From contig NC_000909.1 of assembly GCF_000091665.1 (NCBI RefSeq), forward strand, positions 1,464,118 through 1,496,117: DNA of 32,000 nt, given 5' to 3'. Within the stretch, counting starts at the first letter, position 1; each line of letters begins with the position of its first letter. This document shows positions 19,635-28,744 of this stretch, one piece after another. The position numbers and the translations under genes are program-made. The stretch is from Methanocaldococcus jannaschii DSM 2661. Lineage in GTDB: Archaea > AGJL01 > Methanococci > Methanococcales > Methanocaldococcaceae. The notes beneath the pieces were generated by a model. That model ran no database searches. It saw nothing but the letters and a program-made list of their open reading frames with translations, and was not told the DNA's origin.

Positions 19635-22600
19635 ATGATACCGATGATATATAAAGAGATGTGTCCTAACTGTAACGGAGAGATAACGAGTGAAAGGTTA
19701 GCTATAGGAGTTTGTGAAAAATGTTTAAAAGAAGAAAATGTTTTTGAAAAACTAAAATTATGTGAAAAACTTAGAGAAGAGAAAACTTTGAAAAATTTAA
19801 AAGATTATTGTATTATTTGGAATGAATTTAAAGAATTTGAAGAATTTGTAAAAGATTTAGGATTTGAACTTTTAAGTATTCAAAAGATGTGGGCTAAAAG
19901 GGTTTTAAAGAACAAGAGTTTTTCAATCGTAGTACCAACTGGAGTTGGAAAGAGCTTTTTTGGAATACTTATGAGCCTATTCTTAGCTAAGAAAGGGAAA
20001 AGATGTTATATAATTCTACCAACAACACTACTGGTTAAGCAAACTTATGAAAAAATATCCTCCTTAACAGAAAAAAATAACTTAAATATAAGAGTAGTTG
20101 CATATCATTCAGAACTCTCAACAAAGGAAAAGAAAGAGGTAAAGGAGAGGATTGAAAACAACGATTATGATGTTTTGATAACAACATCCAACTATCTAAC
20201 AAAAAACATGCCAAAATGCAAATTTGACTTTGTATTTGTTGATGATGTCGATGCATTGTTAAAAGCATCTAAAAACATTGACAGAACTTTAAAGTTGTTA
20301 GGATTTGATGAAGAGATAATAAATGAGGCATATAAAATCATCTACCTAATAAAGATTGGAAAGATAGAGGATGCAATGAAAAAGAGAGAAATTTTAAAGA
20401 AAAAAATATCTAAAATAAAGCATGGCTGTTTAATAATTGCTTCTGCAACTGGAAAGAGTTATGGGGATAGAGTTAAGCTTTACAGAGAGCTTTTAGACTT
20501 TGAAATTGGATTTGGAATGAATAAGCTTAGGGATGTTGTTGATATCTACGACGAGGAATTTAGCAAAGAGAAGATTTTGGAGTATATAAAATTATTTGGT
20601 TCTGGCGGAATTGTGTTCGTTTCAATTGACTACGGAGTTGAGAAAGCCCAAGAGATTGAAAAATATCTATTAGAAAATAATATCAAGGCAAAATTAATCC
20701 ATTCAAAGGATAAGAAGGGATTTGATGATTTCAGAGAGGGAAAGATTGATGTTTTGATTGGAGTGGCATCATACTATGGTGTCTTGGTTAGAGGTTTAGA
20801 CATGCCGGAAAGGGTTAGATATGCTATCTTTTATGGCATTCCGAAGTTTAAAATTAGATTAAAGGAGTATATAAACAGCTTAAAGGAGAAGGGAGAGTTA
20901 AAAGAAGATATTAACATAGAAGGAAAGACTGAGGAGGAAATTAGGCAGATAATAACTGAGAAATTAAAGATAAAGAACTTCTCTCTAAGGAAGGAGGATG
21001 ATGAATATCTATTGTTAATTCCAGATGTAAAAACCTATATCCAAGCATCTGGAAGAACTTCAAGGATGACAGAGTTTGGTTTGACTAAAGGGGCAAGTAT
21101 TGTATTGGTGGATGAGAAAGAGATTTTTGAAGCCCTCAAAAAGTATATGCTCTTTATGTATGAGAGTGAATTTAAAAGAATAGATGAGGTAAACTTAGAG
21201 GAGCTAATTAAAAAGATTGATGAAGATAGGGAGAAAATAAAAGTTGGAAGAGCCAAAGGAAAAGTCCCAGATTTGCTAAAATCTGTCTTAATGGTTGTAG
21301 AAAGCCCTAATAAGGCAAGAACTATAGCAAACTTCTTTGGAAAGCCCTCTGTTAGAAAGATAAACAACAGAAATGTCTATGAGGTTTGTATTGGAGATTT
21401 AAACTTGATTATAACTGCGAGTGGAGGGCATGTATTTGATTTGGTTACAAAAGAGGGTTTCTATGGGGTTAAAATAGAAAATAACTTGTATATTCCAATA
21501 TATACATCAATTAAAAAAGTGAATGGAGAGCAATTTACCGACCAAAAGGATTTGGAGGAGTTGATAAAGCAGTTAATGGAGAAAGGAGAGAGAGTAAATG
21601 CAATGGATGCTAAGGAGAACATAGAGATTATTAGGGAGATAGCCGATGAGGTTGATGCAATATTCATAGCAACCGATATCGATACAGAGGGAGAGAAGAT
21701 AGGATATGACATAGCCATAAATGCCCTCCCATTCAATAGAAATATCTACAGAGTAGGATTTAATGAGATTACAAAGAGGGCAATATTAAAGGCAGTTGAA
21801 TCATTTAAAAAAGGAGAAGAACTTAGCTTAGATGAAAATAAAGTTAAAGGACAGGTAGTTAGAAGGATAGAAGATAGATGGATTGGATTTAGGTTGAGTC
21901 AAAAGCTTTGGGAGGTATTTAATAAAAACTACCTCTCAGCTGGTAGAGTTCAAACACCAGTGTTAGGATGGATTATTGAGAGATACAATGAACATAAAAT
22001 AAAAGTCCCTTATCTATCTCTAAAATTGGAAAATGACATATATATTGGAAAGATTTGGGAAGATGAGTTTGATAAGGATGAGGTTGAAGTTGAAGTTAAA
22101 GTTTATGAGAAGGAGATTCCTCCATTACCTCCATTCACAACAGACACATTGTTAGAGGAAGCTACAAAGAGATTTGGATTAAGCACCGATGAAATAATGT
22201 CTATAGCTCAAGAGCTTTTTGAGTTAGGGTTATGTTTAACTCCAGATACCTATGTTGTGTTAGGGGATGGAAGAATTGAAACAATTGAAGACATTGTTAA
22301 TGCTAAGGAAAGAAATGTTTTATCATTAGATTTAGATAATTTATCAATAAAAATAGATACAGCCATTAAATTCTGGAAATTGAGATATAATGGAAACCTA
22401 AGTAAAATTACTCTTTCGAACAATTATGAGCTAAAGGCAACTCCAGACCATTGCTTATTGGTTTTAAGAGACAATCAACTAAAATGGATTCCTGCAAAAG
22501 ATATTAAGGAAAATGATTACATTGCAATGCCATTTAACTATAAAGTTGAAAGAAAGCCAATCTCCCTATTAAATCTTCTGAAATATTTGGATATTACTGA

Positions 22601-24476
22601 TGTATTAATAGAGTTTGATGAAAACTCCACAATATTTGAAAAAATAGCTGAATATATTAGAAACAATATTAAAACAAGCACAAAATACAAATATCTAAGA
22701 AATAGAAGAGTCCCGTTAAAATATCTAATTGAGTGGAATTTTGATTTGGATGAGATTGAGAAAGAGGCAAAATACATATATAAAAGCGTTGCAGGAACTA
22801 AAAAAATTCCATTGTTTAAGTTAGATGAGAGGTTTTGGTATTTTGCAGGTTTGGTATTGGGAGATGGAAGCATTCAAGATAGCAAAATTAGAATTGCACA
22901 AACACCATTAAAGGATGTTAAAAGCATATTGGATGAGACATTCCCATTCTTACACAATTGGATTTCTGGTAACCAAGTGATTATTTCAAATCCAATTATT
23001 GCTGAAATTTTGGAAAAATTAGGAATGAGAAATGGAAAATTAAACGGAATTATCTTCTCTCTCCCAGAAAGTTATATAAATGCATTAATTGCTGGATATT
23101 TTGATACAGATGGATGCTTCTCCCTACTTTATGATAAAAAGGCAAAAAAACATAATTTAAGAATGGTTTTAACATCAAAAAGAAGAGATGTTTTAGAAAA
23201 GATAGGCATTTATCTAAACTCAATTGGTATTCTAAATACTTTACACAAAAGTAGAGAAGTTTATTCCTTAATAATAAGCAATAAGTCCTTAGAAACCTTT
23301 AAGGAAAAGATTGCGAAATATTTAAAGATTAGAAAAGAGGCATTTATAAATGGTTATAAAACATATAAGAAGGAGCATGAAGAAAGATTTGAATGTGATT
23401 TATTGCCAGTAAAAGAGGTATTTAAGAAATTAACATTTGAAAAGGGAAGAAAGGAAATTCTAAAAGATAGCAAAATACACATTGAAAATTGGTATAAAGA
23501 GAAAACAAATAACATCCCAAGAGAAAAATTAAAGACAGTGCTAAGATATGCAAATAATTCAGAACATAAAGAGTTTTTAGAAAAGATTGTTAATGGAGAT
23601 ATATCCTTTGTTAGAGTTAAAAAAGTAGAAAATATTCCTTATGATGGATATGTCTATGATTTAAGCATTAAACATAACCAAAACTTTATATCAAATGGAG
23701 TTATCTCACACAATTGCACATATCACAGAACCTCTTCAACAAGAGTTTCATTGGATGGGATGAGAGTAGCAAGAGAGTATCTAAAACTAAACAATTTAGA
23801 GGATTATTTAAAAAATAGAGAATACTTTATGGAAGGAGCTCATGAATGTATAAGACCAACAAAACCAATGAATACCGATGAGTTAATAGAGTTTTTAAAG
23901 GAAAATAACATAAAGCTAACTAAAAATCATATAAAAGTTTATGATTTGATATTTAGAAGATTTATAGCCTCTCAGATGAAAGAGGCTGTTGTTGAATATG
24001 AAGAGATTTATATAAAAGATTTAGATGAGAAGGTTGAGGGATATGTTGATATAAAGTTTGATGGTTGGAGTAGAATTTATAATCTAAAATTAAAAAAGCT
24101 TCCAAGGATTGAAAAGAGCAGTTTAAAAGTTTTAGACAAAAAACTTAGAAAGATTCCAAAAGTTCCATTGTATGATGAGGGAGAGGTTGTTAAGTTGATG
24201 AAAGAGAGGGGTATTGGAAGACCTTCAACCTATGCCCAAATTATTAAAAAGCTGTTAGATAGGGGATACGTAGTTAAAAGTAAAGATAAGAATAAGTTAA
24301 TCCCAACAAAGCTGGGAATTGAAGTCTATAATTATTTGATAAACAATTATCCTCACTTAATATCTGAAGAGAGAACAAGGGAGTTGGAGGAGATTATGGA
24401 TAAGATTGAAAATGGAGAAGTTGATTACATAGAAGTGCTAAAAGCTTTACATGAGGAGATTTTGAGTATAAGATAG
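19635..24476 (+). CDS. rgy: Reverse gyrase (helicase-like domain fused to type IA topoisomerase), interrupted by an intein
   Basis: N-terminal zinc finger CPNCNG...CEKC, Walker A PTGVGKS, DDVD box, Toprim (VESPNKA ... DIDTEGEKI), and topo IA active-site block TYHRTSST after the intein. 1613 aa including a 494-aa intein. Confidence 0.97.
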   Translation: MIPMIYKEMCPNCNGEITSERLAIGVCEKCLKEENVFEKLKLCEKLREEKTLKNLKDYCIIWNEFKEFEEFVKDLGFELLSIQKMWAKRVLKNKSFSIVVPTGVGKSFFGILMSLFLAKKGKRCYIILPTTLLVKQTYEKISSLTEKNNLNIRVVAYHSELSTKEKKEVKERIENNDYDVLITTSNYLTKNMPKCKFDFVFVDDVDALLKASKNIDRTLKLLGFDEEIINEAYKIIYLIKIGKIEDAMKKREILKKKISKIKHGCLIIASATGKSYGDRVKLYRELLDFEIGFGMNKLRDVVDIYDEEFSKEKILEYIKLFGSGGIVFVSIDYGVEKAQEIEKYLLENNIKAKLIHSKDKKGFDDFREGKIDVLIGVASYYGVLVRGLDMPERVRYAIFYGIPKFKIRLKEYINSLKEKGELKEDINIEGKTEEEIRQIITEKLKIKNFSLRKEDDEYLLLIPDVKTYIQASGRTSRMTEFGLTKGASIVLVDEKEIFEALKKYMLFMYESEFKRIDEVNLEELIKKIDEDREKIKVGRAKGKVPDLLKSVLMVVESPNKARTIANFFGKPSVRKINNRNVYEVCIGDLNLIITASGGHVFDLVTKEGFYGVKIENNLYIPIYTSIKKVNGEQFTDQKDLEELIKQLMEKGERVNAMDAKENIEIIREIADEVDAIFIATDIDTEGEKIGYDIAINALPFNRNIYRVGFNEITKRAILKAVESFKKGEELSLDENKVKGQVVRRIEDRWIGFRLSQKLWEVFNKNYLSAGRVQTPVLGWIIERYNEHKIKVPYLSLKLENDIYIGKIWEDEFDKDEVEVEVKVYEKEIPPLPPFTTDTLLEEATKRFGLSTDEIMSIAQELFELGLCLTPDTYVVLGDGRIETIEDIVNAKERNVLSLDLDNLSIKIDTAIKFWKLRYNGNLSKITLSNNYELKATPDHCLLVLRDNQLKWIPAKDIKENDYIAMPFNYKVERKPISLLNLLKYLDITDVLIEFDENSTIFEKIAEYIRNNIKTSTKYKYLRNRRVPLKYLIEWNFDLDEIEKEAKYIYKSVAGTKKIPLFKLDERFWYFAGLVLGDGSIQDSKIRIAQTPLKDVKSILDETFPFLHNWISGNQVIISNPIIAEILEKLGMRNGKLNGIIFSLPESYINALIAGYFDTDGCFSLLYDKKAKKHNLRMVLTSKRRDVLEKIGIYLNSIGILNTLHKSREVYSLIISNKSLETFKEKIAKYLKIRKEAFINGYKTYKKEHEERFECDLLPVKEVFKKLTFEKGRKEILKDSKIHIENWYKEKTNNIPREKLKTVLRYANNSEHKEFLEKIVNGDISFVRVKKVENIPYDGYVYDLSIKHNQNFISNGVISHNCTYHRTSSTRVSLDGMRVAREYLKLNNLEDYLKNREYFMEGAHECIRPTKPMNTDELIEFLKENNIKLTKNHIKVYDLIFRRFIASQMKEAVVEYEEIYIKDLDEKVEGYVDIKFDGWSRIYNLKLKKLPRIEKSSLKVLDKKLRKIPKVPLYDEGEVVKLMKERGIGRPSTYAQIIKKLLDRGYVVKSKDKNKLIPTKLGIEVYNYLINNYPHLISEERTRELEEIMDKIENGEVDYIEVLKALHEEILSIR
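22233..23714 (+). mobile_element. Intein (494 aa) with LAGLIDADG homing-endonuclease domain, inside rgy
   Basis: Starts with Cys (CLTPDTYVVLGDG, block A). Block B is ATPDHCLLV. LAGLIDADG motifs are YFAGLVLGDGSI and LIAGYFDTDGCF. Ends in VISHN, followed by a +1 Cys. Removing it restores ELGL-CTYHRTSST. Confidence 0.95.
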
Positions 24477-24480
24477 TGAA

Positions 24481-25479
24481 TTATCCAACGTAGTTCAGTA
24501 GCATTTTCCCTTTTTCACTTATTCTTATATATTTTGACTTACCTATTTTTTCTGGTTTTTCTATCAATTCCAATTCTAAGAGTTTTTCAACAACATTTTT
24601 ATTAACCCAAACCAAATCACTCTGCCCAGTAGAACTAACTGAACTCCTACACTTTTTCCTCCAAGTAATAATCTTCTTCAAATCATCAACATCACTCCCA
24701 ACGACCTCCTTTAACTCTCTAACTAAATTCTTCATTTTTTTAACAGATGAGTTGCTAACAGATTCCTTTCTCTCCACTGCTTTAATTAACTCTTTTATAC
24801 TCTCATTATCATTTAAATCCACGTTTAAAAACTCTTCTTTTGTTAAAATACTAAGTTCTTTTATAGTTAATCCTCTATTTCCAGCCCTGCCAATGAACTT
24901 CAAAAATATTAGCAACTCTTCCCTTGGCAAAGTTACTTCAAATGGATAGATTAGCTTAACACCTCTAACGCCAAAACTTCTTGGCAAATAAGGGCAGTTA
25001 TATTTACTTTCATATTCTTTTTTTAATTCTTCCTTTTCTTTTTCAGAGAGGCCATCTAAAGATTTCTCTGGCATTACATAATATGGAATAATCCTTGAAT
25101 TTTCCTTATTTAATATCATTGCACAGGTTATGCCAGCAATACACCCAATTGTAGAGCCAGAAGATACGTTAATATAGAATTTAACATCTCCAAATTCTTT
25201 TCTCTCATGAGCTATAATTAACTTCATCTTTTTAACAATATCATCTAAATCAAACAAATCTGCCTCTACAATCTCATAATTAACCCGCTTTTCTTCAAAC
25301 TTTTTAATAATAACATTTTTAAATGCTTTTCCTCGTTTTGAATCATTATTTCCAGGTTTGCAAATTAAATAAACTTTTTCAGCCCTCCTCATTATTGGAA
25401 CTTCTGTAATTCTATCTACTTCATAACCTTGAACTGCTATATGAACTCCACCTCTTATTTTCTCTAAATCATTTGTCAT
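24481..25479 (-). CDS. Csa3/CARF-like Rossmann domain fused to C-terminal winged-helix (putative ligand-sensing regulator)
   Basis: The N-terminal pattern of about 140 aa (VHIAVQGYEVDRI ... KVYLI ... FYINVSSGSTIGCIAGITCAMIL) resembles the Csa3/HFX_2341-type fold. The C-terminus (EKLLELELIEKPEKIGKSKYIRISEKGKMLL) looks wHTH-like. The likely start is ATG at 25479, after an AGGTGA SD (track start is GTG at 25488). Confidence 0.5.
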   Translation of the reverse strand: MTNDLEKIRGGVHIAVQGYEVDRITEVPIMRRAEKVYLICKPGNNDSKRGKAFKNVIIKKFEEKRVNYEIVEADLFDLDDIVKKMKLIIAHERKEFGDVKFYINVSSGSTIGCIAGITCAMILNKENSRIIPYYVMPEKSLDGLSEKEKEELKKEYESKYNCPYLPRSFGVRGVKLIYPFEVTLPREELLIFLKFIGRAGNRGLTIKELSILTKEEFLNVDLNDNESIKELIKAVERKESVSNSSVKKMKNLVRELKEVVGSDVDDLKKIITWRKKCRSSVSSTGQSDLVWVNKNVVEKLLELELIEKPEKIGKSKYIRISEKGKMLLNYVG

Positions 25480-25491
25480 TTTACTCACCTT

Positions 25492-25533
25492 TAGTAAGGA
25501 CAGTAACTACATTAAGGTTACTAAGATAGTAAG
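25492..25533. promoter_or_regulatory. Candidate operator repeats in the divergent intergenic region
   Basis: TAGTAAG occurs at 25492-25498 and 25527-25533, flanking the inverted repeat AGTAAC-n9-GTTACT (25502-25522). Confidence 0.3.
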
Positions 25534-25596
25534 TATTATTTATACTCTCTCATATTAAATTATTCATGAGCATTACAAAACCAAAGTTGTGATACT

Positions 25597-25959
25597 ATGG
25601 AGTATGTGTTTGTTTATGGGAGTTTAAGAAAGGGCTTCTGGAATCATGAACCATATTTAAAAAACTCTAAATTCATTGGAAAAGGAAAAACTAAGGAAAA
25701 ATACGCTATGTATGTCAATATCATCCCCTATGTTGTTGAAAATGAAAAAATCTCTCATATCGTTGGGGAAGTTTATGAGGTTGATGAAAAAACGTTAAAA
25801 AGAATTGACTGCCTTGAAGGACATCCTGATTATTATAGAAGAAAGAAAGTTTCGATAATTTTAGATTCTGGAAAGGAGATAGAGGCTTGGCTTTATTTTT
25901 ATCCAGAATCTTGTGGAATTCTGGTAGAATCTGGAGATTATAAGGATTATAGGGGATAA
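25597..25959 (+). CDS. Gamma-glutamylcyclotransferase-fold protein (AIG2/GGACT-like)
   Basis: N-terminal YGSLRKG motif, GEVYEV strand, and LEGHPDYY containing the conserved catalytic Glu context. Confidence 0.8.
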   Translation: MEYVFVYGSLRKGFWNHEPYLKNSKFIGKGKTKEKYAMYVNIIPYVVENEKISHIVGEVYEVDEKTLKRIDCLEGHPDYYRRKKVSIILDSGKEIEAWLYFYPESCGILVESGDYKDYRG

Positions 25960-25961
25960 GC

Positions 25962-27029
25962 ATGTGTGAGTTGCTTGGAATTTGCTTTAATAAGAAAGTT
26001 AATGTTGAGTTATCATTAAATAGCTTTAAGCATAGGAGTGAAGATCATCCAAATGGTTGGGGGATTGCATTTTATCCAGATGGGTTTGTTAGGGTAATAA
26101 AAGAGCCGATTAAAATGAATGAAGCTTTATTAGCTGAATGTGTCAGATGGACTAAGATAAAATCAAATATATTCATTGCCCACATAAGAAAGGCAAGTGC
26201 TGGAAGTGAATCTTACGTAAATACCCATCCATTTGTTAGAAAATTAGAAGATAAAGAAATAGCATTTGCTCACAATGGAACTCTACTTGGATATGAGGAT
26301 TTAGAGCTTGATGGCTATTATCCAATTGGAGAGACGGATTCGGAGTATGTATTCTGCTATTTATTATCTCAAATTGAAAAGAGGGAGATTGAGTGGAATA
26401 AAGAGGGTTTTGATGAGATGTTGGATATACTGCTTGATATTAATTACTATGGAGCTTTTAATTGCTTATTCTCCGATGGAGAGTATTTATTTGCCTATAA
26501 AGATTATAGAGGGAGGAGAGAGTTGCATTTCCTAAAGAGAAAGCCACCTTATGGAAGAATTAGATTGGAGGATGAGGATTATATTATAAACTTAGGAGAT
26601 GTTAAAAGTGTGAGAGAAGAAGGGTTTATTATAGCTACAAATCCTCTAACTAATGAAGATTGGAAGTCTTTTGAAAATGGAGAACTTATGGTGTTTAAAA
26701 ATGGGGAAATGATTTACTCTAATAAGAGATTGACAGATTTGGAATTGAAAATCTTAAAAATCCTTAGAGAAAGTCCCCATAGAGTCAGTTTAAAGAAAAT
26801 AATTGAAAATCTTGAGTATTTATCCAGAAATATAAGACATGATGCTTCCGTTGTGAGAATTGGGATTAGAAGTTTGTTGGATAAGGGATATATCAAGCAA
26901 GATAGTAGAGACACTGTCAATTGGGATGATTTAGAGGCAACATTTTATACTAAACCAGAAAAGAGGGTAGAGATTGATAAAAGGCTTAAAGGATTTAGAT
27001 GGAGAAGAAATAGGATAATTATGAGTTAA
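25962..27029 (+). CDS. Class II (Ntn) glutamine amidotransferase domain (YafJ/EgtC-like) fused to a C-terminal wHTH-like domain
   Basis: Met-Cys2 nucleophile (MCELLG), HPNGWGIA, HIRKAS..SESYVNTHPF and FAHNGTL blocks. The last 100 aa or so (LTDLELKILKILRESPHRVSLKKIIENLE ... LLDKGYIKQ) resemble a winged helix. Starts 2 nt after the GGCT stop. Confidence 0.8.
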   Translation: MCELLGICFNKKVNVELSLNSFKHRSEDHPNGWGIAFYPDGFVRVIKEPIKMNEALLAECVRWTKIKSNIFIAHIRKASAGSESYVNTHPFVRKLEDKEIAFAHNGTLLGYEDLELDGYYPIGETDSEYVFCYLLSQIEKREIEWNKEGFDEMLDILLDINYYGAFNCLFSDGEYLFAYKDYRGRRELHFLKRKPPYGRIRLEDEDYIINLGDVKSVREEGFIIATNPLTNEDWKSFENGELMVFKNGEMIYSNKRLTDLELKILKILRESPHRVSLKKIIENLEYLSRNIRHDASVVRIGIRSLLDKGYIKQDSRDTVNWDDLEATFYTKPEKRVEIDKRLKGFRWRRNRIIMS

Positions 27030-27050
27030 TTTAATAATAGAATTGAGGTG

Positions 27051-27347
27051 ATGGCGATGAATGAAATAGAACTAATGCAAATTAAAGATTTTGTAAAAGA
27101 CATGGATAAAAATCAACGAATTGTGTATTATGAGCAGAAGAAAAAGAGTGTCGGTATTGCAGTATTGCTTAGCTTCATAATTCCAGGAGCAGGGCAAATG
27201 TATCTTGGAAGGGTTGGAAAGGGAATAATATTGTTATTAACATGCTGGCTTATTATACCATGGATTTATAGCATTTATGATGCCTACAAGTCAGCAAAGG
27301 ATTACAATGCCCAACTTTATTCAATAATCTTCAGCAAAGATGATTAA
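27051..27347 (+). CDS. TM2-like two-helix membrane protein
   Basis: The soluble N-terminus is followed by IPGAGQMYLGRVGKGIILLL, a GxGxxYxGxxxxG motif between two TM helices. The track start is GTG at 27048. ATGs at 27051 and 27057 follow a GAGG SD. Confidence 0.55.
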   Translation: MAMNEIELMQIKDFVKDMDKNQRIVYYEQKKKSVGIAVLLSFIIPGAGQMYLGRVGKGIILLLTCWLIIPWIYSIYDAYKSAKDYNAQLYSIIFSKDD

Positions 27348-27372
27348 TTTTTAATTTTTTGGAGGAGATTTG

Positions 27373-27618
27373 ATGATATTGGATTTAATTGAACTCATAA
27401 TAAGTGTAATGGTTATAATATTCCTGATAGCGTGTATTTTCTTTATTATAGGAGGGATAATGTTTTCAGTCTTGTGTATTGGGATGATAATTGATGGATT
27501 AATCTCCTCTAACTTTGGAGAGGTAGGAATGGGAGTATTTGCACTTGTGGTAACGGTATTTGCATTATTGATGGTTTTTACTATGTTGGGTATGCTGTTC
27601 GATTTCTTAAAGGACTGA
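27373..27618 (+). CDS. Small hydrophobic membrane protein (about 3 TM)
   Basis: GGAGGAG SD 5 nt before the ATG at 27373. Strongly hydrophobic and TM-like. Preferred over the antisense 155-aa ORF because of operon context and composition. Confidence 0.5.
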   Translation: MILDLIELIISVMVIIFLIACIFFIIGGIMFSVLCIGMIIDGLISSNFGEVGMGVFALVVTVFALLMVFTMLGMLFDFLKD

Positions 27619-27633
27619 ATATTCGGTGGCAGT

Positions 27634-27906
27634 ATGGGATTTCTAAAAATAATGTTAAGAATTTTTTGCTGGTTTTTTGCGACGTTGGTGTTGTATTCTA
27701 TAGCTCCATTATGGCCGTTATATGGAATCATTGGAGTGCCAGTAATTCTACCACGCCTTATATTTAAAGACAAAAAGAAGTGTCTAACAACAACATCCAC
27801 ACTACTACTCCTTGTCATATTTCTTCCTGAATTGCTGATTCTTATTGGATTTCTGATATTTCCTATTGTTATGGGCTATTACATCTCTAAGGAATTGGTG
27901 AAGTAA
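27634..27906 (+). CDS. Small hydrophobic membrane protein (about 3 TM)
   Basis: GGTGG SD upstream. TM-like segments are separated by a basic loop (KDKKKC). Its stop lies 1 nt before the next ATG. Confidence 0.5.
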   Translation: MGFLKIMLRIFCWFFATLVLYSIAPLWPLYGIIGVPVILPRLIFKDKKKCLTTTSTLLLLVIFLPELLILIGFLIFPIVMGYYISKELVK

Positions 27907-27907
27907 A

Positions 27908-28744
27908 ATGGTGAAGCTTATGAATTTGTGGAGTGAGAGGATTAAAGATAGGGAAGTTGTTGAAGTTATTGGCTGTGAGAGAGTGCCATTGAATGAAACG
28001 TTGAATGAGATTGTAGTATTATTTGACGAATATACAAAAAGAGGGGATTATAAGGTAGAGATATTTGATGATGTCTTTAATTATTATCATAATAGAATTT
28101 TAACTAATGATGAGTTTATTGATGGTGTTGCAAGAATAAAATTGGGATTGGACACAAGAAATCATGCTAAAGAGTGGTTATTGGAAGTAGTAAATTGGTT
28201 TGCTGGTAATAGATATAATTTAAGAGATGAGGAGATAAAGTTAGGGAATAGATTGAGAGATTGGATGAATATTGGAGTTTCTTTAGTAATTCCTAAAGAG
28301 TTAAAGCCAAAGTTTGATGAGTTTTATAAAATGGCTAAAAAATTTGATTGGCAAGTAGAAATTAGGAATGAGATGATATTTAAGACAACTTTAAATGGTA
28401 AGGAAGTTTATACTTTTATATTGATGGGGGATGTGGTTAATGAGAGGTTAGATAACATCTTAGATGGTGGAGGAGTTTTTGATTTAGGGAAGAGGGTTGT
28501 TTGTGATGATGAGTGGTTTAGTGGGTGGTTAGTTAGGGATATTGATGTTAATAAAAATATAATGGAAGTGTTGGGCATGTTGAGTTTGAAAAGCCAGGAA
28601 ATTCTGGATATTTCAGTGGAGAGTGCTTTAATAAGAAGGAAAAATATAAAGACAAAAAGTATGGTAGTAAAATTGGTAAAAGTAAAAAATCTAATCCAAC
28701 TATTGAAAAGAAAAAAGAAAAGTGGGCTGAATTGCTTAGTATAA
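27908..28744 (+). CDS. Hypothetical soluble protein (278 aa), no recognisable motif
   Basis: Long ORF tightly coupled to the upstream membrane genes. Trp/acidic-rich (DEWFSGWLV). The Lys-rich tail overlaps the alternative frame of the next ORF. Confidence 0.55.
   Translation: MVKLMNLWSERIKDREVVEVIGCERVPLNETLNEIVVLFDEYTKRGDYKVEIFDDVFNYYHNRILTNDEFIDGVARIKLGLDTRNHAKEWLLEVVNWFAGNRYNLRDEEIKLGNRLRDWMNIGVSLVIPKELKPKFDEFYKMAKKFDWQVEIRNEMIFKTTLNGKEVYTFILMGDVVNERLDNILDGGGVFDLGKRVVCDDEWFSGWLVRDIDVNKNIMEVLGMLSLKSQEILDISVESALIRRKNIKTKSMVVKLVKVKNLIQLLKRKKKSGLNCLV

Noticed and set aside
27351-27818. 155-aa minus-strand ORF spanning the two small plus-strand membrane ORFs
   Set aside because: Its composition (rich in N, I, P and T, low complexity) is what the reverse complement of hydrophobic TM-coding sequence produces. 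It has no SD and runs against an otherwise co-directional, tightly coupled gene string. Each plus-strand ORF has an SD-like site and TM-like sequence.
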